NCBI GenBank assembly: GCA_013265495.1
Contig: MU061044.1
Location: 496,001-560,000 of the forward strand
Source: Vicugna vicugna
Lineage: Eukaryota
Direction of reading: 5' to 3'
DNA length: 64,000 bases
Positions 12,060 through 22,700 of this stretch are shown piece after piece; the stretch's first letter is position 1, and every line of letters begins with the position of its first letter. The position numbers and the translations under genes were made by a program. The notes beneath the pieces are model-generated. The model was not told where the DNA came from. It searched no databases and saw nothing but the letters and a program-made list of their open reading frames with translations.

Positions 12060-12065
12060 AATAAA
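12060..12065 (+). terminator. IL24 poly(A) signal
   Basis: First AATAAA after the stop codon, about 370 nt downstream; a second one is at 12451-12456. Confidence 0.7.
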
Positions 12066-13593
12066 CTGGATTTTAAAAACCCCAAAAAACTTGTCTTTGA
12101 ATTGTTGAGGAACAATGAGAAATGTTGGGATATGAAATTGAACTTCAGGACATCATATTACCATGACATCTGCAGGAACAGAGCATTCGGGTGAGGGGCG
12201 CTGGTTTGAAATGTACATGATAAAAGACAATGTAGAGGCATGCCCGGCACAAAGCAGGCTCTCCCGAGCACTGCGCTCCTTGCCTGCACTGCCCCCGACG
12301 CCCGTCTTCCCCGGCCCTTCGGTGCGCTCCTTTTCATCCCATTCACTCTTCCTTATCTGCTACCTGGGCAGGGGCCAGTGTCAAGCTGACAGTGCAGATG
12401 GTGTCATTGTCCCTGGATGCATTGTCCCATCTGCGGTGACATTCCCTGCTAATAAAAGGCAGGGACCTCGTGTTGGGGAGCCTGTTCTTTCTATTACTGG
12501 ACACGTGTCCGGTGAGGCTGAGTTGTGTGTCTGGGAAAGACCTTCTTCCTAAAAGCAAAACTGGGCATTCTCTAGTCTCAGGCTCTGGCCGAACTTTATA
12601 GTTGACTTCCATCCAAAGACATAATGTCTGCCTACCTATGCCTTTGTTCAGTGCATTTACCAGAATGAGTATGCGCAGGAGGTGGGATGTCTATTCTCCC
12701 GTGATGTGAATGCTATCGCAGAGCACCTGGCCCTCCGGGAATCCCAGGTCACCTTCCTCTCCTCCTCCTCCTCCGCCACCTGGACTGGCAAAGAGGTGAG
12801 GTGAATTTCTGAAAGCAGAGAGGTGTAACGGTTTTGGGTAGCTAAAATAGACCAAGGTTAAGAGAAGGGCACAAATGTCAGTGCTCGGCTCTGGAAGAAG
12901 GATAAATAGATGACAAAAATGATTCTATTTCCAAAAAAGGGAAAACGCTGGAGTGGGGGTACCTATGTACATCAAGGGAGGAAGACTCAGAGTGAAAAGG
13001 ACGTATACATATATCATGAAAACAAGCATGGTTCTGAAAATTTACAACCCTTCATCATATCAAAATAAATTGTCCGCACCATAGGACTCCAGATGAATAG
13101 AAACTCACTAGTAAGTGCTAGCCCTAAGATCAGGGCAAAGATGTTGTCTGGGGCGTTTCATACCAAGGGCCCCTTCCTAGCTTAGGGCTGACGCACGTTG
13201 TCACAAAGCATTCCAGGCATCTTCCATCGGTGTGAAGCCCATGCCTGAGAAAAGCTTCTGAAGTAACAGTGAGATCTGCACTCCAGCCTAATGTCATGTG
13301 GTCTAGAGCCAGAGCGGCAAAGACCCTGTAATCAAAGACACTCTGCAAATCCTAGTGCCTGTCGCATGGCTTGGAAAGGAAGCAGGTGGCATTGGGACAG
13401 AAGTTCTGCATCCCCAGAGCCCACTGGAAAGTGGAAGAGGGATTCAAAAGTGTTCAAGAAGAGTGCGGGATGGAGTTGAGGGTGCTAAGTTATCTCAGAG
13501 CTAATGGACAGGGATGAGACTCCAGGTGGCGTGGCGGGGGAGGGTTCCAAAAACAGACGGAGCAGGTGTCGGAAACCAGCAGGCAGACCAGAC

Positions 13594-13770
13594 TCATTGG
13601 CACCCAGGTCTGGGCCCCGGGGGACGGCTGGAGAGTTGAGTCAGGCAGGGTATGTTGATGTAGTCATTGGAATCAGAGTCCTCCATCTTGGCAGCAGGCT
13701 GGTGGCAGAAGCTCACGTATTCACAGCTGACCTCCAGAGATGGGGCATGGAGCCAGGGAGTTTCAGACAC
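13594..13770 (-). CDS. FCMR: FCMR exon 8 coding part
   Basis: VSETPWLHAPSLEVSCEYVSFCHQPAAKMEDSDSNDYINIPCLTQLSSRPPGPRPGCQ, stop TGA at 13596-13594. Confidence 0.95.
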   Translation of the reverse strand: MSETPWLHAPSLEVSCEYVSFCHQPAAKMEDSDSNDYINIPCLTQLSSRPPGPRPGCQ

Positions 13771-16700
13771 CTGGGGACAACCAAAGAAGCATCACTGGAT
13801 TTAGGTAAGGTGATTGTAGTATCCACAGTGGGCAGTGGGGCCATGGGCATGGTTGCTGACCCCTAGAAGGCAAGACACAGAGGAGGCTGAGCTCCATCAA
13901 GTGGCTCAGCCTTGGGGATTTTCCACATGGTGTCTCACCCTAGATAACTGGAAAGCTCTTTGATCTAATGTAGCAGGGAGTGATGTCAATAGGGCTCAGA
14001 CAAAAATCATGTGACTAAGCACAGGTCTGAAGGAGAACCAGGGTCTGGAAGAGTTTCCACTCTATAGAATTAGATGATGTGACTTGTGGAATAAATATGC
14101 CTCTTCTTAGGGAGGAATTCGGAAGTAGGCTGAGTCATCCCTTGCACCTCCATAGGCCTTTTATTCCATGGAGAGGCTGTGAGGTGACATGACAGTATGT
14201 TCTAGGAAGAAGCCAGCTGGTGAAGGGGAGGAAGGTGGCAGGCCATGTGGAGCTCCTCTCCCTTGGGCAGAAACTTCAGGACCATCTGCCTTCAGGATGG
14301 GTCAGTTCTCAGAGAGCAGGGCTGTCCCATGACCTCAACATGGCACAATTATTGTAACATCTACCCAAAAAGGCTGCAGTAGGGACAGTCACACATTGTA
14401 ACCAAGTGCTGAGAACTAAGGGGCCAGCCCCCCTGAACATAGGACGCACTGAGTAAAAGCTCACTGAAAGGAGCTATTACATTTCGTACTGTACCAGAGA
14501 GGGAAAGAGCAGCAGCTTGCTTCCAAAATATGTCTCCCACTACCTGTTACAGTTCATCATTTGAGATTCATTTATTGAGCTTAAACATTTTTAAAGCCAT
14601 TCCTTGTCAAGGTTAAAATATTCAGTTATTCATCATATGCACCTTGTTGTGAACTTGTTCCATCAAAACTTTAGTCCTTGATAGCAGAAATGTGAGTTTC
14701 AAGCAGGGAGGAAGGGTGAAATTTGAGCAAGGTCCAGGCACAGGTGAGGGCATGTGTGGTCACAGAGCAGTTTAAGAGAAAGGGGCTGGGGTAAGGGGAG
14801 AGCAGATGGGCACCGCTAGATCTACCGAAGCTACTGTGAACCTTCTCCGGCAGGGCTGGGTAAGGGCAAGGTTAAGCAGCCGGACGTGACTGGGGCAGAG
14901 CTGTTGCTTGCTAGGGGACATCACTCTCCCCTTTATCGCGACACGCAAGTTTGCTGAGCCAGGGATACATTTCTCAGCCTCCCTTGAAGGCAGATGTGTC
15001 TACATGATTAAATTATGGCCAATGGGATGCCAACGGAAGTGATGGTGAAACTGCAGGCTTATGGTCTTAAAGAAACAGCTTTTCCTTTCCCTCTCCTATG
15101 GGCTGGGATGCAGATACAGTGCTGGTGATTGAGCATCGACCATGGATGAGGCAAAACTCCACAGGACAGTGGAGCAACAGACAGAAGGCATTTGAGTCCC
15201 TGGTTGATCCCGTGGCCCAGGCCACCTCTTCCTGGCCTCCTGCCTTTGCTTAAGAGGAAGACAGACTTCTACCCTCTGAGTACAGTGGTTGAGTGCTCGC
15301 CTCATCAGTTTAGCCTACACCCTAATTAAAACGGGGACATTTGCCCCATTTAGTTTTTCCTGGTTACTGGAGTAATCATGTTTTAGCTATTGTGGGCTAC
15401 TTTAGAGAATTAAATGTTTCCCTTTCTTAACTTGGGAAAACAAAGATGAATGGATGGTTTACAGGTTTTTCACCCGCCTTCTGCCGATGGCCATCGACAG
15501 AAAGATGAGTTCCCTATGCCCATTCCTGGACTTCAGGAGGAGTCTTCCTCACCCAGAGTGCTGAATCCTTGTCTACATCTTTTCATCTGCCAAGTCATCC
15601 TCTAGGCCAGGCTTAGCTGCCTTCAGTGATGGGTAAACTATATCCTCTCATCTTAGAGGGTTTACTAGCAAGTACTTCCTCATATTAATGTGAAACTGGG
15701 TAACTTCCACCTACTTAAGACCTCCTAGAAATCGAATCTCTTCCACACGAAAGAAAGCCTTTCATGCGTTTGGAGAGTTACCGTCTATCATCCGCTACGC
15801 TCCCATTTATCCCACGAGAAATGCTTGGCTAAAAGCCACGCAACTAAATCTACCACAATTGTCGGGTAGTCGTCCACTGACACGGTTTAAGGAGGAAACC
15901 GATCTTTCTTGCCGGACTCACGCGCGGGAGCCGCTGGGAAAGCCCGCGCCCTCCAGCCAAGCCGAAGCTGGAGAGACTGCTCGCGGGTCCACGCCCAGGC
16001 CTGGCGCCGCCCATTCGGGCCGCAGCTGCCAATCAGGGGCGGGGCGGGGCGGAGCTTACCTGTGGCCGGGCGGGCGGCGCCGACGCCCCGGGGCCCGGGA
16101 GAGGTGCGGTCCCCACACCTAGGGGGAACGGGGAGGGCCGAGATGAGGGCGGGGCTGAGGGTCCAGCCCCACCCCCAGCTCTGCCCTGGGGACCAGGGGC
16201 CGATCCTGCCGCCCCCCAGGCGCTGCGCTCCCGGCTCACCTTCCGCGCTGCGGGTTTCTGCGGCTGCAGCTCAGGCTCCCGCCCCGTCCCGCCCCGCTCT
16301 CCCCACACCTGCCTGCGCTCTCACCAGCAGCGTCCGTCCCCCGAGGGCGCCGAGGGCAGGCGCTGTAGATGTTGTTTTGGGTGCGCGGCCTCTGCGACAC
16401 GCGAGGCCGCTGCGACACGGGCCTCTGGGAGGCCTCCAGGGCGCGCATCCTCACGGCCAGTCGGCGGACCCGCCTGGAGAGAGCTTCGGGGCAAAACCAC
16501 GGGGAGAGAGGAAAAAAGCGTCAGAGGCCCATGGCCACCCCCTCCCCGCCCCCAAGTTTTAGGAAACTGAAGGCTGTCTTCCTCCCCGGTGTCTGGCAAC
16601 GTCTGACTGTAGATGCTCAGAATGTAATGTAAGAGGCACAGCCTTGCCCTCGGCAGAAGACCAAAGGGTCCAGGCAGCGCTCTTTCCCGTCCCCATTTCC

Positions 16701-19700
16701 AGACAAGTGAGCCCCTCCCACGTTCCCCATATCCTAGGCTGCTCATCTAAAGTAACCGAGTGTCCCCAGGAGATCGGAGAGGTCTGAATGCGCTGCGCCC
16801 TTTGGACAGCTCAGCGCTCCCTAACGGAGCCCGACCTCCTCACCTCTCCTCCTTTGAATGACCCTTTTTGCCAACAGTCCCATAAGTGCCAGCAGGATGA
16901 GACTCAGGATGGTGGGGATCAGGATGTGGAATCCTTGGTCTTCCATCGCAGACATCCGTCCTGGGCTGTGGTTGAAGGCTCTGAACAGGAAAGGAGGGGG
17001 AGAGAGAAGGTAGAGGTCAGGAAGGGAGGTGGGGTTTAAGGCAACACCCAAGTAGCCAACTTTTATGGAGACCCCCAAAAGAGCCTGTCTCTGGAGTCAG
17101 GAAACCTGGATTCAAATTCAGGTTCAGCTTTTTCTGGCTGTGTGATCTTTAATTAGTTTCCTAACTTCTCTGAGCCTCATTTCCCAGTAAATGGGTATAG
17201 GAAAATGTGTTGACCAGATTGGTTTAAGGATGAAAGAAAATAGTGAATGTAAAAAATTTAATGGGCCTGGTCTAAACAGGCAGTCAACAAATGTCAGTTC
17301 CACTTCCAACTTTCTACACCTGCTTCCACATGAGATCATTGCAAATATTAAATGAGTTAGTTTCTTATAACTGTGGAAAAGAGGATGTTTTTCTCGTGGT
17401 ATTCTCTCTGCCTAGAAGGTCCTCCCTCCATTTTTTCCCTACATATTGAAATCTTACTTTCTTTAAAGGCCCAGTGCCTAAGTCCTCTTTTCTTCTCCAA
17501 TCATGGTGAAATCAGAATCCTTTTTTTCTCTGTGTCACCACTTCAACCAGTTACAACCCTTTATCATAGTCATACTGCATTAGTTAATAATCTAAGACCT
17601 GGATATCTCATGTTTGCAAGTTTTTTACATCTTCAGGACATAGTACAATGCCTGGCACATAGAGATCTGAGAAAATGTTGGTTGAGCTGACTTGAATTCT
17701 TCTCTGCTAATAGGCTGGTATAGTTTACCGAACTAGGAATCAGGAATTCTGGTTCTGGCTTCAAATAGAACTACGGCTCAGTTCTCATGGGCTCAGTCTC
17801 CTATCTCTATGACCCAAATGATGTTGGAGGTCCTTTTCTTTACTAACGGGAGTGTCTTTGCTTAGGCAAAAATAATTTCAGTTAGTATTATAGGTTTTCT
17901 TTGGAGGATGCAATGCCCCCTAGTGGTCCGTTGCAGCACTTTCCTGGGTTGTACCCCTGCCTTAAGACCAATGCTGTCTAACAGAAATGTAATGTGACCC
18001 ACACATGTAATTTTACATTTCCTAGTAGCCACATTGAAAAAGTAAAAGGAAACGCGTGAAATTAATTTTAATAGCTTAGTATCTAATTTTATACTCCTTT
18101 AGTTCTTCCCCATCCAAATAGATCTGAATAAATGCTGAGAGACTGAAAGATTTAGGTCTCCTACAAGATCTCCTGCTGGGGCACTAAATGTGTTCTTGTT
18201 CAGAGAACTAATAAGTTAATGTGTTAGACTCATAGGTGGTATATTTCACAGTGGCTTCTAGAGACTAAGCCAAGAAAGGTCTCTGTTAATAGACACTTCG
18301 GGAAGATTTCAGTGGATCTCCTATCTCCACATTACTTTGCTGGTTTTAGCCCATCCGAGATGGTGGAGGCTCCTTACCTCTGCCTGTGAAGCCGGGTTTG
18401 GTGGTTGTAGCTGGCTGTCTGGGGCCTGAGCAGTTCCTCCCGGGCTGAGATTTTTGGGGTTTTGGTGGATGGCAGGAGGGTTGTGGGCTCTGGAGTTGCT
18501 ATTGAAGATACCCTGGAAACTCGAGGGCGGTGGGTGATTGAGATGGTGGGGGAGGAATGGTGTGCTGGAGGGGCCTCCGTCCTTTGAGCTGTTGTGGTTG
18601 CTGCAGGAAACAGCAGGGAAAAGTGACCTTCCATATACACACTGTAATCTCCAACAGCATTGTGTCAACCATTTCTTTCTTGAACACATTCTTCCCTTTT
18701 ACCTAGACTGCCTTTTCCTGCACTTCTCATAGCCTGAGATGCCTTCTGAGCATGCCATCTACACCTAGTAAATATCTTCAAACTCCTTTTCCTACTGGAA
18801 GCGTTTCCTGACTTCCAAGGCAGAAGAGCTTGCCTGCTGAGCATGGAGAAAACCTTGTCTGTGGTTCAATTCCCAGCCTGCCTTGTGCTATACCTATGTG
18901 CTTGTCTAGTCTCCCCCAGCCCACACCTGTCAGTCACAGCCTTGTGTATTGTATACAGTGAACTCAGTTACACCATCCCCCTCTGGGTAGCCAGCAAAGT
19001 CCTCTAGTGTAACAGTATTCAACTAATGTATCTATCTCATGGGGGCAGATGTGAGGATGTGGAAAATAATATTGCGTGTCAAAATGCATTTGAGACACGG
19101 AAATGATAGAAACATAAATGTATAAGTAGTAAATCCTTATTAATCTTTTTATTGCAAAATAGAGCTGTTAAATCACTGTATGCCAGCAAGTGGAAGACAG
19201 CCCTATGGGGAGCAGGAGGCGTGAGGGCCTCTGGCTGAGAAACGTCTGCCCAAGTCGTGATTGCCACAGTCATTCATAAAAGAGCTAGACTTTGTGAATG
19301 GAGCACAAACTTCATTCCTTATGGCGCCACCTGGTGGTAATATGTAAGTTCTGCAACTAGTGCCAAGCGTCCAGACTGAAGGATGGGCTTGAAGGACATA
19401 GAACTTCGATCTCAGGGAGGTATCCTCTCCTAAGGCAGGGAAATACACACCTAGACTCAGCTGTGCTCTGCCAGTGACTCTGAACTGAACACATACCCTC
19501 TTCTCTGTTTTCACAACGCCATAAAATCTCCCCCACCCACCACCCTGGCTTTGGTGAACTGACCTTTGGATATGAACTGTAAAGGGCTGGCATGTGCAGG
19601 CATCTGGAACCAGGGAAGCATGTGCAATTGTAGTAATCTATTAAACCATGCTGGAGGCTCAGGTACTGGCTCTTCTTCCCAGAATGACTCGTAATCTATG

Positions 19701-22700
19701 GAGGCAAGAGGAATCCATTGGTGGCTTCTAGGATGAGACCCAGGCCTGGGGAGGGGTCTGCTGGTATGAACTGAAGTTGACTCAGTCAGGCAGATGGCAG
19801 CGAGGGGATGAGGGCAGGGCACACCAAGAGGAGCAGAAAAGAGAGCTGGGTGAGACTTCCCTGAGAGAGATTTTTTTCATCCTGACCCAGTCAGCATTCC
19901 CTGAGGCCGCTGGGAGTCTAGGTTGTTGAGTTAGTGCTGTGTGTGTCTGAAGAAGGCAGTGGAGAACAGGAGGAAGGAAGGGTTCTGGAGAAATAAGGAA
20001 AGGACGGGATCATAAAGTAACAGGTTTGGTCTAAACTGCGGCTTGAAATATGCCTGTCTTTCCTCTGTATTTATCCTTGTTATTTCTCATGGGATGATTA
20101 TGTGGCCAAGTACATCCTTTTGCTTCCAGTTTCCTCTAGTCTCAGCCCCTTCTCAGTCTCACCCCCCACCTCCCCTCTTGCCCTGGACGGGATGGGTACA
20201 ACACCACCCGAGGAAAGCATCCTGTTCCTTTCACACAGTTTGGACAGGAAATTCAGTGGACCATGAAGTTCACTGACTCTATGAGGTTTCAACTATACAA
20301 ATCCCAGTTCCCGCGGGACTGGCTAACATGGCAATGATGAAAGAGTCTGGGGACTGCTATGATGTGATGGTTGTTCCAGCCTTTAGGAGAGGAAATGTTT
20401 TCTGGGTGGCCTGAGCCTCCAGTTGGGGGAGCACCTACCACTGTGAACAATCAGGGTGACCTGCTGGGTCTTGCCTCGGTCTGTGTTCATGCCCACCCCA
20501 CAGGCGTAGACTCCGCTGTCGCTCCTGGTCAGCTCTGTCACCTCTACCAGGAACAGGTGCCTGTCTGGACACAGCTCCAGAGTGACTCTGTGTTTGTATT
20601 CCTCACTGACGAAGTTCCTGTTGGACACCACGGTGCTGCATATTCCAGACTGGGCTGCCTTCCGGCACAGATAGAGCCTCACATCCCTTTCAGGAAGCGG
20701 GCACTCGATGATAACAGATCCTCCCAGCAGTCCGTCCAGCTTGACTTCTGGAATGACCTTCAGAGCCCCAGATACTGTAGGGAGAGGGATTTAATGTAGA
20801 GGAAGCCCCAGCCCCAGCCCCATCCCCAATTCCAGCCCTGTTTCCCACCGAGGCCCCAGCCCAGCCTCACCCTCATCCCTAGAGCCAACCTCCTCCCTGT
20901 TATCAGCCTGAGCCTCAGCCAGCCCTCAGCCTCTGCCCTGTCCTGATCTGCAGCCCTAGCCTCATCCTCCGCCTCCTCCCAACCCTATTTACATCCTCAG
21001 TCCAGCTCTATATTCACCCCTCAGCCCTAAGCCCAAGGCTGAGCCTCTCCCCAGCCCCAGCCTTAATGTAATCCTCAAACTCATCACCAAACCCATACAG
21101 GTCCAGGCACCAAACTCCTGAGAATACAGTCAAAACTACTGTCTCACTCCAGGGGGAGAGGATATGTCACGGTGCCCCCAGCCAGCACTTGACCCTCAAG
21201 TGACTTCAGTGTGATGTTGGGAGAAATGGTAAGATTTGCTGCAACAGGTTTTCCAGTCCAGTTTTGTTTTGCTCGGCACCATCCAGACAAAACAATCATT
21301 CATCTCCAGTTCTTTTCATCAAGCATTCAATAGCTATCTATTGAATGCATTTCATATGACAGTAATATGGCTGGCTTCCCTCCCCTCACAGAAGGAACCA
21401 CGTCTTGGGAGACACAGATGGACAGCCAAAGCACAGCAGCACAGCACAGCACATCCCATGGCAGAGAACTGCAGGGCTCCGTGGAAGCAGCCAATAGGGG
21501 CGCCTGATCCAGGCCGTCCCAGAAGATGATGTAATTTGAGGAAGGCTTTCCAGAAGAGATGACGTCTATGTTGTAACCTGAAGGGCTGGGCGTGGAGGGC
21601 AACTGAGGGAATGATGGCCGTCTCACTGCAGAAGGGAACGCAGAGGGAAAGCAAGGCTGGATTTGATGTGTGTGCACAAAGTATGTGCGTTGGGGAGGGT
21701 GTGGAGCAGGGAGGAATAAAAGGGGAGGTTCCTGAGTCCCTGCCATCAAAAAGCTTATGCATTGGCTGAGAGAGGGTAAAGCAAAGTATAATTAATTGTC
21801 AACAAAGGGGGTCCCCATAAATGTCTGTATATTTCTGGGAAGATGATTCAGAGGGTGAAGTGTGTGTGTTGGTGTGGGGCTGGGGGACTTCGGTGGAAGA
21901 GAGAGCCTTCCAGAGAGTGAGAACAGCCCCCATAAAGGCTGGGACAGGAGAGAGACCATGGAACGTTCATGGTGGGGAGGAACATTCACAAACTTCCTGA
22001 AATTCATCTACAGACCACACATTAAGAATAGCCCCAAGGAATTTAGCAAAATGAAGAAAGTCAAGGAAAGAAGCAGGGATGGAGGATTCTGGATAGGCAG
22101 AGAGACCTGAGGAGGATGTTCTGGGGAGAGGGGAGAATGTGAGCAATAGTAAAGAGGTGGAAACAGCCATGGAAGCGTGAGATGGGGGGTAGAGGAGGCG
22201 AGAGAGTGGCTCGACCTGGAGCATTCACGTGCATGTTAACATCAGAAGGTGTCGCTGGTTACCGTGGTAGGAAAAAGCAGAGGGGCCGGCAGACGTGCAT
22301 GCTCTGACATGGAAACCTTCACACGAATAACCCACACTGCTTTAAATCTGCTGGAAACAGACACGTGAGGTAGCCTTGTGACTGGAACACGCCAATGGAA
22401 GATTGGCCCATTCAAAGGACAAGGACCCAAATCCAGGGGATAGGGGAATCCCCCATATGTCCAGAGGGACCACACCTGTGTGTAAAGCCCAGCACCCAAG
22501 AGTGAGCATGCAAACATTTTTGGACGCACCCAGCCAGAAAGGGGGCGTGCCTGTTGCTTTCTCAAGGCGGGGATGCTGTAACATGGGAAGAGGCAAGACA
22601 GAGCAGGAGGAAGGAAGGGTTCCGGAGAAATAAGGAAAGGACAGGATCATAAAGTAACAGGTTTGGTCTACAAGTGCAGACAAGACACCCCAGTGGCTTC

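Larger units (their letters stand above)
15860..16720. other. Intragenic CpG island over FCMR exons 6-7
   Basis: Visibly very GC-rich and CpG-dense compared with its flanks; boundaries approximate and obs/exp ratio not computed. Confidence 0.75.

Noticed and set aside
15909-16562. 217-aa + strand ORF
   Set aside because: Pro/Arg/Ala/Gly-rich product of stop-poor CpG-island DNA, antisense to FCMR exons 6-7.
20560-20585. Fifth cysteine (ELCPDR) in the FCMR Ig domain
   Set aside because: I recall mouse having a Cys at a similar position, so it is probably not novel.
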